Part shown: one piece after another, positions 56,262 through 64,000 of the stretch
Layout: each line of letters opens with the position of its first letter
How positions within the stretch are numbered: the stretch's first letter is position 1
DNA from: Verrucomicrobiota bacterium
GTDB taxonomy: Bacteria; Verrucomicrobiota; Verrucomicrobiia; Chthoniobacterales; JACTMZ01
Direction: 5' to 3'
Assembly (NCBI GenBank): GCA_014584375.1
Contig: JACTMZ010000103.1
Span: 90-64,089, forward strand
DNA: 64,000 nucleotides
Position numbers and translations under genes: made by a program
The notes under the pieces: model-generated
Database searches by the model: none
Told to the model about the DNA's origin: nothing
Seen by the model: the letters and a program-made list of their open reading frames with translations, nothing else

Positions 56262-57650
56262 ATGAAGCTCAAAGCGCCAAGCATTGACTCCGTCACCACA
56301 ATCAATGACGACGGATCACGCTACATCGTGCATCCGGCGGATGTGCGGGGAACTTTCACCACGCTGCGGCGGGTTGTCGCGGTTCTGCTGATCGCCGTTT
56401 ACATTCTTCTGCCCATCGTCCGCATCAAGGGGGAGCCGCTGCTCTTTCTCGATATTTTTCACCGCAAGCTGCATCTCTTCGGACTCACCCTGATGTTTCA
56501 GGACATGTGGCTGCTGTTTTTTACGGTCAGCGGAATGGCCTTCGGCCTGTTTGTGATCACGTCGGTCGCCGGGCGCCTCTGGTGCGGCTGGGTGTGTCCG
56601 CAAACGGTGTTTTTGGATCATGTGTTCCGTCGGGTGGAACGGTGGATTGATGGCGATGCGCCCGCCCGTCGGCGGCTGGAAAGCGCGCCATGGAGTGGCG
56701 GAAAAATTTTCAAACGGATTCTCAAGCACGGAATTTTTTTTCTGATTGCCGCGCTCATCGCCCACATTTTTTTGGCTTACTTTGTTTCCATTCCCTCGCT
56801 TTACACGATGGTTCGCACTGCGCCGGCGCAAAATTGGGGGGCGTTTGTTTTCGCCACCGTTCTCACCGGCATTCTCTATTTCAACTTCGCGTGGTTCCGG
56901 GAGCAGTTCTGCATCATCATGTGTCCTTACGGACGACTGCAATCCGCGTTGATTGACGACGACACGATTGTTGTCGGCTATGACACGGTGCGCGGGGAGC
57001 CGAGGGGAAAAGCCGGCACCACACGAGGTGATTGCGTGGACTGCCGACGCTGCGTGCAGGTTTGCCCCACGGGCATAGACATTCGTCAGGGACTGCAGCT
57101 TGAGTGCATCGCCTGCACGGCGTGCATTGACGCATGCGACGACATCATGGTGAAACTGAATCGCCCCAAGGGATTGATTCGTCATGATTCAATGAACGCA
57201 CTCACGGGGCGCGCTGCGAAATTCTGGCGTCCGCGTCTTTTCATTTACATTGCCCTGGGGATCATCGGTGCCGTGGCGTTTGTGTTCGCCGTTCAACAGG
57301 TGCGACCGGTGATTTTGTCCGTCCTTCGCATGCAGGGCGCGCCGTATTTTCGCGACGGGGGCTCCATTCGGAATAATTTTATGGTTCATTTGGCCAACAA
57401 GCGTGCCGAGGCGCATGAATACCGCGTCACCGTGGAATCGGAATTTGATTCCCTGACGGCGGTTGGTGCATCGGAGCACGGCTTGAAGCTTGGGCCGGGC
57501 GAGGAGGTGCAGGAGCCGCTGATCATGAGCGTGCCGGATGAGAAGTTTCGTGGGAATTTTGACGTGAAGGTTCAGGTGCGCGGAGAGGGTGGGGCGGTGG
57601 AGGGCGAACGGGCGGTTCCGTTTCTTGGCCCGTTCCGGGAAAAGCGATGA
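56262..57650 (+). CDS. ccoG: cbb3 oxidase accessory 4Fe-4S protein CcoG/FixG
   Basis: TM helices and CGWVCPQ, with two ferredoxin-type clusters CVDCRRCVQVCP and CIACTACIDACD. Confidence 0.9.
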   Translation: MKLKAPSIDSVTTINDDGSRYIVHPADVRGTFTTLRRVVAVLLIAVYILLPIVRIKGEPLLFLDIFHRKLHLFGLTLMFQDMWLLFFTVSGMAFGLFVITSVAGRLWCGWVCPQTVFLDHVFRRVERWIDGDAPARRRLESAPWSGGKIFKRILKHGIFFLIAALIAHIFLAYFVSIPSLYTMVRTAPAQNWGAFVFATVLTGILYFNFAWFREQFCIIMCPYGRLQSALIDDDTIVVGYDTVRGEPRGKAGTTRGDCVDCRRCVQVCPTGIDIRQGLQLECIACTACIDACDDIMVKLNRPKGLIRHDSMNALTGRAAKFWRPRLFIYIALGIIGAVAFVFAVQQVRPVILSVLRMQGAPYFRDGGSIRNNFMVHLANKRAEAHEYRVTVESEFDSLTAVGASEHGLKLGPGEEVQEPLIMSVPDEKFRGNFDVKVQVRGEGGAVEGERAVPFLGPFREKR

Positions 57651-57814
57651 GCGCACCATCTTTCCGGCGTCGTCCGTGGCTCTTGGTTTGGGCCGCTTTT
57701 CTTTTGTTGATTGCCGTTTGGCTGACGGCGTATGCGGCAAGTCGTCGCATTCCGACCGGCGCTTTGACTCCCGGGCAGGAGGAGGCGCTTTTGCGTGGAG
57801 GGCGTGCTCCATGA
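57647..57814 (+). CDS. small single-TM protein at the FixH position (not in the ORF track, 55 aa)
   Basis: My own translation is MSAPSFRRRPWLLVWAAFLLLIAVWLTAYAASRRIPTGALTPGQEEALLRGGRAP. ATGA overlaps at both ends (57647-57650 and 57811-57814). Confidence 0.4.
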   Translation: MSAPSFRRRPWLLVWAAFLLLIAVWLTAYAASRRIPTGALTPGQEEALLRGGRAP

Positions 57815-58488
57815 TTGCGGTGCCTGATGTTGCTGGGCCGTTGGCGGCTTTGTTGGCGGGACTTGTCACCAGCCTGCACTGTGCGGGCATGTGCGGCCCG
57901 CTTGCGTGTTCCGTTTGCACCCGGCGGGAGGGCGGGGGAAGCCTGGCGGCGGCGTGTGTTTATCACGGATCAAGAATGTTCTCCTATGCTTTGGTCGGCA
58001 TGGCGGCCGGATTGGCCGGACGGCGTTTGGCTGATGCACTAAGCGGCGGGGCGACGCGCTGGATGACGTGGGTGTTCATTGCCTTTTTTCTCGCGGTGGC
58101 TCTTGGTTTGGACAGGCGTTTGCGCGTGCCGATGCCTGCGGGTGTCCGTGTGTGGCTCGGGCAACGGGCGGCGGGAAAGAGCGTGTTTGGACGCGCGGGG
58201 TTTCTTGGTTTTTTCACGCCGCTTTTGCCATGTGCTCCGCTTTATCTCGTGGTGACGGCGGCAGCCTTGTCCGGTTCCGCCCTGGACGGCGCAGGCATCA
58301 TGCTGGCGTTTGCCCTGGGAACAATTCCGCTTTTGTTTTTATTGCAGTCGCAATTTTTTCGGTTCGGCGCGCTTTGGTCTCCGCGCGTCATGGATTATCT
58401 GCGACGCGGACTGGCTTTGGTCAGCGTTGCGCTTCTGCTTGTGCGGGGAACATACGGAGCGGCGACGGGATGTCCGATGTGCCATTGA
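57811..58488 (+). CDS. DsbD_2 / TauE-SafE-like membrane protein common in cco clusters
   Basis: 225 aa from the ATG at 57811 (MIAVPDVAG...). Contains the SLHCAGMCGPL motif and a later LLPCAPLY motif, with about 6 TM helices. The ORF-track start at 57589 lies inside ccoG. Confidence 0.6.
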   Translation: MIAVPDVAGPLAALLAGLVTSLHCAGMCGPLACSVCTRREGGGSLAAACVYHGSRMFSYALVGMAAGLAGRRLADALSGGATRWMTWVFIAFFLAVALGLDRRLRVPMPAGVRVWLGQRAAGKSVFGRAGFLGFFTPLLPCAPLYLVVTAAALSGSALDGAGIMLAFALGTIPLLFLLQSQFFRFGALWSPRVMDYLRRGLALVSVALLLVRGTYGAATGCPMCH

Positions 58489-60839
58489 TGACCGCTGTGC
58501 CCGAAATGCGCGCGCATGAATGTCGCCATTGTCGAACGCGATTTCGTCCGACGGATGGCGAGGCGGAGTTTTGTTGTTCGGGATGTCGTTTTGTTTTCGA
58601 TTTGTTGCACAAGCGCGGATTGAGCGACTTTTATCATTACGGTGAATCGCTTTCGCCGGCGGGCGGTTTTGTTTTTCACGAACGCGATTACGGCTGGCTG
58701 GCGGCGTTGCAGAAAGCGGCGGAGGTGGCGGAGGTGGCGGAGGTGGATGTCGAGGTGCAGGGGATTTCCTGCGCCGCCTGCGTCTGGCTTCTTGAGGCGG
58801 TTTTTATGGAAAAACCCGGAGCCGTGTCGTGCCGGATTGATTCTTCGGCGGGGGTGGTGCGTCTGCGCTGGCGGACGGGAGAGGCGGATTTGTGTGATTA
58901 CGCCCGTGATGTGCAGCGATTTGGCTACCTGCTGGGACCGCCGCGCGAACGCGGTATGTCCGCCCTGCGTCCCCTGACGCGCAAGCTTGGGCTGTGCGGA
59001 TTTTTCGCAATGAACGCAATGCTTTTTGCATCGCCCCGGTATTTTGGGATGGACCCGGGTGACGCGATGCAGGCGTTGTTTGACCTGATTTCGTTTGCTC
59101 TGGCCACGGCGAGCATTGTTGTCGGCGGCACTTATTTTTTTCGCCGCGCATTGACGGCGCTGCGTTACGGACAGCTTCACATTGACCTGCCGATTTCCCT
59201 CGGGCTTCTTCTTGGCTACGGAGGCTCCGTTGCGGCGTGGTTGGGGGATCAGCACAGCCTCAACTATTTTGATTTTGTTTCGGTTTTTTCCTTTCTCATG
59301 CTGCTTGGTCGTTGGCTGCAGGAGCGGGCGATGGAGGCGAATCGCCGGAGGCTGCTGGGATTGAGGATTTCGCCGGGGCGGGTTCGCCTGCTTGATGCGC
59401 CCGGAGGTGAAGCGGAGGCTTCCGCTTTGCGAAAGGGACGGCGGTATGAGGTTGCTCGAAACCGGGTGGTTCCCGTCCGCTCGCTTTTATTGCATCGCGG
59501 AGCGGCGTTCGCCCTCAATTGGATCAACGGCGAGCCGGCTCCGCGCATTTTTTCCGCCGGCGACATCGTGCCCTCGGGGGCGCGCAGCTTGGATGATGAG
59601 AGTCTGCAATTGCAGGCGCTTGAAGATTGGGAAACATCGCGCCTTCGCATTTTGCTGCACATTGATTCCGAGCGCGGATGGCGCAATCTCGGATTGGAAA
59701 AATTGATGAAAATTTATCTCGCAGCGGTGTTTGCCGTTGCGGCGGCGGGTTTTTTGGCATGGGGCGTGGGCATGAACAACTGGCTGCAGGCTTTTCAGGT
59801 AATGATTTCCGTGTTGGTTGTGTCCTGCCCCTGTTCCCTTGGTGTCGCCCTGCCGTTGCTTGACGACATGGCGTCCGTCGGCATGCAACAGCACGGCGTT
59901 TACATTCGCGAAGGCTCCCTGTGGGCGCGTTTAAAACACGTCAAAGTTTTGCTTTTTGACAAAACGGGCACTGTCACCCTTGAAACATTGCGTCCGTCAA
60001 ATCCGGAAGCGATTGACGCTCTTTCATCACACGAGCAGTCCGTCTTGCTGCGGATGGTCGGGCGCAGTCTGCATCCGGCGGCGGCGTGTTTGCGCGAGAT
60101 GTTGCTGTCGCGCGGTGTGGAGTCTGCACCAGGCGGCGCGGATGTTCGTGAGATTCCCGGCATGGGACTTGTGTGGGAAACAGAGGGGGGGGAATGGCGG
60201 CTGGGGCGGGCGTCGTGGGCCGTCTCCGGTGACACGGAGGGTGGAAGCATTTTTGCGTTCAACGGCATGATGCAGACGCGTTTTAATTTTCGCGAAGCAT
60301 TCCGTCCGGATGCGGCGCGCCAGGTTCAATTGTTTCAAACGGCGGGCTTGCCGGTGTACCTGCTCAGCGGTGACGATCCTCCGCGTGTGACGGCGGCGGG
60401 GCACACTCTCGGTCTTCCGGCCAATCACGCCCTTGGGGGACTTTCTCCGGATGACAAGGCTGCGTTGATTCGGCGGCGTTGGAAGGATTGTGCACTGATG
60501 CTTGGCGACGGGGCCAATGACAGTCTTGCTTTTGATGCCGTGCTTTGTCGGGGGACGCCTGCGGTGGATGCGGGCTTGTTGGAGCACAAGGCGGATTTCT
60601 ATATGCCGGGGAGCGGACTTGGGGGGCTTGGTGCGCTGTTTGCTTCAGCGCGATCCCGTCGTCGGGCGGCGCAGGCGGTCTTTGCATTTGCGCTGGCTTA
60701 CAACACGGCAGCGGTTTCCGTCGCGCTTGCCGGGTGGATGAATCCTCTGGTGGCCGCCGTGATCATGCCGGCGAGCTCTCTCATTTCCATCAGCTTGGCG
60801 CTTGCCGTTTTTCGAATTTCATCATCAACTAGACCTTAG
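58470..60839 (+). CDS. ccoI: P1B-type heavy-metal (copper) translocating ATPase, CcoI/FixI-like
   Basis: N-terminal Cys-rich CRHC...CCSGC domain, CPC motif VVSCPCSLG, phosphorylation site FDKTGTVT and hinge MLGDGANDS. I chose the start at the ATG at 58470 (an alternative is 58488). The ORF-track start at 58068 lies inside the previous gene. Confidence 0.9.
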   Translation: MSDVPLMTAVPEMRAHECRHCRTRFRPTDGEAEFCCSGCRFVFDLLHKRGLSDFYHYGESLSPAGGFVFHERDYGWLAALQKAAEVAEVAEVDVEVQGISCAACVWLLEAVFMEKPGAVSCRIDSSAGVVRLRWRTGEADLCDYARDVQRFGYLLGPPRERGMSALRPLTRKLGLCGFFAMNAMLFASPRYFGMDPGDAMQALFDLISFALATASIVVGGTYFFRRALTALRYGQLHIDLPISLGLLLGYGGSVAAWLGDQHSLNYFDFVSVFSFLMLLGRWLQERAMEANRRRLLGLRISPGRVRLLDAPGGEAEASALRKGRRYEVARNRVVPVRSLLLHRGAAFALNWINGEPAPRIFSAGDIVPSGARSLDDESLQLQALEDWETSRLRILLHIDSERGWRNLGLEKLMKIYLAAVFAVAAAGFLAWGVGMNNWLQAFQVMISVLVVSCPCSLGVALPLLDDMASVGMQQHGVYIREGSLWARLKHVKVLLFDKTGTVTLETLRPSNPEAIDALSSHEQSVLLRMVGRSLHPAAACLREMLLSRGVESAPGGADVREIPGMGLVWETEGGEWRLGRASWAVSGDTEGGSIFAFNGMMQTRFNFREAFRPDAARQVQLFQTAGLPVYLLSGDDPPRVTAAGHTLGLPANHALGGLSPDDKAALIRRRWKDCALMLGDGANDSLAFDAVLCRGTPAVDAGLLEHKADFYMPGSGLGGLGALFASARSRRRAAQAVFAFALAYNTAAVSVALAGWMNPLVAAVIMPASSLISISLALAVFRISSSTRP

Positions 60840-60855
60840 TTTTTTGAGCAAAATT

Positions 60856-62160
60856 ATGAGCATTGATTCATCTTCTTCATCCCGTTCACCCGGTGCCGGA
60901 GCCCTTGTATTTGTGGTGACCGCGCTGTTTTCGCTTGTGTTGAGCAGCTTCATGCTGGCTGGACGTTCCGATTTTTTGCTTGGGGAAATTATCAGCGGAC
61001 ATGGTCAGGCATGGATAAAACTTCTTCTTCTTGGCTTTGGATTGTCGGCTGTGTTCGGGATTGTTTATTGGGCGCTGCCATGTGTTTTTGGGATGCGGCT
61101 TGTCAGCGGTGCCGCAGTCTTTGTGCATTTTGCCTTGCACCTTGGCGGAGTGCTCACCGCGCTGGCGGCGACTTTTGTGCCCGCGCTGTCCGATGCAAAA
61201 ATTGCGGGGGTTTTATTGCTGTGTGGCGGTCTTCTTTTCATTGTCAATGCGGGGATTGCCCTGCGGCGGTATCCTTCGCCCGATATATCGGTGGCATTTT
61301 TGGCCGTGATCATGGTTTTCCTGGCGGGAGCGCTCGCCTTGGGCGTTCCTTTTGCCTCCAAATCGTTGCTGCCGATGTTTTCCGGTGAAAATTGGAGTAC
61401 CGGATGGATGGTTCTCGTGACCGCCGGGATTCTTTTTAATGTTCCGCTTGGCTTGTCCTTTCGTCTGGTGCCGCTTCTCGCAGGAACGGAACCGGAGCGA
61501 ATTCCAAGTGCATGGTATGCACTTTTAATTGTCAATTTGGGTGCTGCATGGGCGTTTGCGTCCACCACTTTCGGGCCGCTGCTGTTCATGTTTTTGTGCG
61601 GAGGAATTTTCCTTGTCGGCGTCTTGTTTTGCCTCGGCTGCCTTTGGGGAGTGTTGCAGCGGCGCGGTGGCGGACGACTTGCGTGGGAAACAAAGGTTTT
61701 TATCGGTTCCTTATGGATGATTGCGGGTGCCGCCGTGGTGTTTTTGTGGGCTGTATGGAATCGTCTGGGGACACCGGCGACGCCGGAAACGGCGGATGCG
61801 GCGGCGGATGCCATTGCTCCGGCGGCGGCTGCGGTTTTGTCCTTGGATTGGACGGCTGGATTGGTGGCCTTGCTTGCATCTGCTGCACCGGCGTTGGTGG
61901 CAGTGATTTTTCAATTGCAGAGGCTTCGTCAACGCACGGAGGGCGCATCCTCCCGCATGGCCGACTATGTGTTTCTTGCCTCATTTTTTAATTACGCCGT
62001 CGGCGCCGCACTGTTGATTGTCGGCGTCTGGGGAGGGGAGAAACAAATGCTCTCGCTGGGCTCCATATTTCTTGTTGTCGGAACCTCGGGACTTCTCGGC
62101 GGGTTTTTTTACCGCCTGGCGCGATGCGGTGAAAAGTCAATCACAGCGGACGCAGCCTGA
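60856..62160 (+). CDS. polytopic membrane protein of unknown function, last gene of the cco-linked string
   Basis: 434 aa from the ATG at 60856 with about 12 hydrophobic helices. No motif recognised. It starts 17 nt after the ccoI stop. Confidence 0.55.
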   Translation: MSIDSSSSSRSPGAGALVFVVTALFSLVLSSFMLAGRSDFLLGEIISGHGQAWIKLLLLGFGLSAVFGIVYWALPCVFGMRLVSGAAVFVHFALHLGGVLTALAATFVPALSDAKIAGVLLLCGGLLFIVNAGIALRRYPSPDISVAFLAVIMVFLAGALALGVPFASKSLLPMFSGENWSTGWMVLVTAGILFNVPLGLSFRLVPLLAGTEPERIPSAWYALLIVNLGAAWAFASTTFGPLLFMFLCGGIFLVGVLFCLGCLWGVLQRRGGGRLAWETKVFIGSLWMIAGAAVVFLWAVWNRLGTPATPETADAAADAIAPAAAAVLSLDWTAGLVALLASAAPALVAVIFQLQRLRQRTEGASSRMADYVFLASFFNYAVGAALLIVGVWGGEKQMLSLGSIFLVVGTSGLLGGFFYRLARCGEKSITADAA

Positions 62161-62195
62161 CATCCCTCAAGGACGCAGCCTGACATCCCTCAAGG
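62148..62195 (+). repeat. perfect 23-bp tandem duplication (2 copies plus 2 nt) spanning the stop codon of the preceding gene
   Basis: GGACGCAGCCTGACATCCCTCAA occurs at 62148-62170 and again at 62171-62193, followed by GG. The TGA stop (62158-62160) lies inside copy 1. Confidence 0.9.
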
Positions 62196-62247
62196 CAAGC
62201 GCTTCCCAGTATGAATTTATCTGGCGACGTCATAACGTCCCTATTTT

Positions 62248-63645
62248 TTAGACCGGCGCGACGTAGTCGTGGGGGCCACCGCGCTGCATGAACTGCCGGA
62301 AGGTGACCACGTAGGCCGTAAGGGCGAGCACACAGAGGCACAGCCCGAAGAAGTAGGCATTGCTGTAGCGATTGTCAGTGAGATCCAACATCCATCCAAC
62401 ACCGGGAGCAACCGCCATGTTCACCAGCGAGGAAATGATGCCGCAGGCGGACTGAAACTGGGCAAATTTTTCCTTGGGAAAAAGTCTCTGCGTCATGGAA
62501 GCCGTGCAGGTATAGAACATTCCCGAAATCACGCTGTGGGCGATGAAGGCTATGGCAAATCCGGTGTGGGTTGTGGCCGCAAATCCTCCCCAAAAGGAAA
62601 GGATCGCGTACAGACCCAGGGTGATAAGCGCCATGCGCGTGGGATGAAAGCGATCCGCCAAGGAACCGAGCGGGTAGGCCAGCACGATGGAAATCACAAA
62701 TGTGAAGGCCACATATTGTCCGTAGTGACCCAGGTCCACGCCCAGGCTCCGCGCATGAAGAATGCTAAACAAATTGACCGGGAGAAAAACCGCTGACCCG
62801 AGCGTGATTGCTGAAAAAACCCACCAATAATACGGAAGGCGAAAGCATTCCTGCAGGTACATTTTGACGGCCCCCACCACGCCCGGGCGTTTCGCAGGCG
62901 CATCTGGCGGCGGGTACGTTCCTTCCTTCACCTTTAGGCACATCAGCAGAAAGCCCATGCCATAAACAACCCCGATGACAACAAAGGAAAAGACATAGTA
63001 TTTCTCGGATTTCTCGAGCAGAAACAAATTGAAGAGAATCCCGGCCACCAAACTGATGGCGCGAAAGAGCGCGAAAAAGCGGCCCAGCAACGGACTGGGT
63101 ACGACATCATTAATCAGCGCGTAAAAGAGCGAGTTGGTCACTATGGTGCCGATTTCAAATAATAGCCACCAGAGGGTAAAGCATAGCAGGCTGGAGACAT
63201 TTCGCCCGGGCGAGCTGTCCCCAAGAATTTCATGCAGCCATCCCCCCATATGGGCGCTGAATGCGCACCCAATGATCCCGGCGGCGGCCATAGGCGTGGT
63301 GGCCAGCAAAAAGGGAATGCGGCGTCCGAGGCGGCTGCGGGTGCGATCGGAAAGCACGCTCACCACCGGGCCCAGAACAAGCTCCAACAACCCGGGCAGC
63401 GTCACGATCAACAGCCCGGTGATCATGTCCGAGGTGTCGAACTTTTTTAAGATCAGCGGAACGAGCGGACTAAGCGCCCGTTCCTTGATCATCCAGGCGA
63501 AGTCTCCCCACAACAGCCAGGAGAACACGGAGATCAGCCCGACGCGCGTGTACGTGAGGGTTCCGACCCGCCAGATCGGCCGGTTGTGATGATCCCGTTC
63601 CGGCCCGGTATGTGGCGGCGTTTGAGCGGTGAGGGAAGCAGACAT
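62248..63645 (-). CDS. MFS-type transporter
   Basis: 465 aa with 12 predicted TM helices and an MFS-like loop motif (SDRTRSRLGRRIPF) between TM2 and TM3. Confidence 0.8.
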   Translation of the reverse strand: MSASLTAQTPPHTGPERDHHNRPIWRVGTLTYTRVGLISVFSWLLWGDFAWMIKERALSPLVPLILKKFDTSDMITGLLIVTLPGLLELVLGPVVSVLSDRTRSRLGRRIPFLLATTPMAAAGIIGCAFSAHMGGWLHEILGDSSPGRNVSSLLCFTLWWLLFEIGTIVTNSLFYALINDVVPSPLLGRFFALFRAISLVAGILFNLFLLEKSEKYYVFSFVVIGVVYGMGFLLMCLKVKEGTYPPPDAPAKRPGVVGAVKMYLQECFRLPYYWWVFSAITLGSAVFLPVNLFSILHARSLGVDLGHYGQYVAFTFVISIVLAYPLGSLADRFHPTRMALITLGLYAILSFWGGFAATTHTGFAIAFIAHSVISGMFYTCTASMTQRLFPKEKFAQFQSACGIISSLVNMAVAPGVGWMLDLTDNRYSNAYFFGLCLCVLALTAYVVTFRQFMQRGGPHDYVAPV

Positions 63646-63692
63646 GGGCGATTCCTGGCGGTGAGGGTCAGGCCGTTTGAAGTTGCCCTTGG

Positions 63693-63908
63693 TTACCGGA
63701 GTGTGTGTTCGGCATCAGGCGCGCCATTATTGATTTTTCCCGGCTGAAGCCAATCAAAAGTATCCCCTTTTTTGGTAATTTCCTCGGCGCGTACCAGGAT
63801 GTCGCAGGCGATTGCGCGGGGCACCACCAGCACGCCGTCTATGTCCCCACAGAACACATCCCACATCCCCCGGCGAAAAAGAACGAGATCTCTCGTCACA
63901 GCGCTCAA
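63693..63908 (-). pseudogene. C-terminal remnant of an RraA / HMG-aldolase-family gene
   Basis: FRRGMWDVFCGDIDGVLVVPRAIACDILVRAEEI matches the C-terminal v.PGD.v.GD.DGVvvvP...a..vl..Ae pattern of the RraA family. Only ~70 aa are present, the ORF begins with TTG, and the ~100-aa N-terminal part is absent. Confidence 0.4.
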
Positions 63909-64000
63909 CCGCGATGATAAGGATGGCCTACCAAAATGGTGTGGGCACGGTAGATTTGTTCGAGGGCAACGACGAGAGCGAGTTCGTGCTGGAGTGTCGC
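63905..64000 (-). CDS. 3' end of an unidentified gene running off the window
   Basis: The minus-strand frame reads ...[31 protein letters not shown]-stop (TGA = 63905-63907) and is open to the window edge. No family recognised. Confidence 0.3.
   Translation of the reverse strand, partial: ATLQHELALVVALEQIYRAHTILVGHPYHRG

Noticed and set aside
58068-58469. The 5' extension of the ccoI ORF, and similarly 57589-57810 for the DsbD_2-like gene, 52887-53045 for ccoS and 13989-14135 for mlaF.
   Set aside because: The extensions lie inside the preceding, well-supported genes in other frames. Internal ATGs with ATGA-type coupling give family-typical N-termini.
1-64000. A search for tRNA, rRNA, tmRNA, RNase P or SRP RNA genes and for CRISPR arrays.
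   Set aside because: No intergenic gap exceeds about 140 nt. I saw no T-loop-like GGTTCGAATCC motif outside coding sequence and no regularly spaced repeats of 25-40 bp.

Overview
A 64-kb chromosomal segment from a GC-rich Gram-negative bacterium. The gene content (PEP-CTERM-anchored repeat protein, fused ccoN-ccoO, DUF2723-type protein, MEKHLA protein, full Mla operon) suggests Verrucomicrobiota or a PVC-like lineage, but that is a low-confidence inference. I call about 50 protein genes. I saw no rRNA, tRNA, CRISPR array, integrase or transposase.

Most of the window is housekeeping:
- Glycogen and sugar-phosphate metabolism: glgP, pgi, a phosphohexomutase, and a MalK/UgpC-type ATPase.
- smc, the mlaEFDCA operon, a peroxiredoxin and fumC.
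- A bioC/esterase/MEKHLA operon.
- A large TPR protein, htrA, a RodA/FtsW-type SEDS protein and aroG.
- A tightly coupled cbb3-oxidase cluster: ccoS, ccoNO, ccoQ-like, ccoP, ccoG, ccoI.

The stand-out is an 8.6-kb, three-gene, same-strand operon at 32254-40844, wedged between htrA and an OppF-like ATPase/rodA pair. In transcription order it encodes:
1. An HKD (phospholipase-D family) nuclease fused to an SNF2 helicase, 1157 aa.
2. An AlbA_2 (Schlafen-like) + HATPase_c_4 + winged-helix protein, 459 aa.
3. A 1223-aa gamma-class N6-adenine DNA methyltransferase with a fused TaqI_C-like specificity domain.

The operon looks like a split, restriction-like defence system. It borrows parts found in class-1 DISARM and type ISP enzymes but lacks their defining cores. 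The methyltransferase specificity domain sits in a sharply lower-GC patch, which suggests a swapped module.

Secondary observations:
- A DUF2723-type gene broken by a frameshifting deletion of its conserved N-terminal motif.
- A perfect 23-bp tandem duplication across a stop codon.
- A 12-bp coding tandem repeat, (TPQV)3.
- Two sub-60-aa coupled ORFs in the cco cluster that are absent from the ORF track.
- An RraA-like gene remnant at the right edge.

All function calls rest on motifs read by eye. No database search was possible.
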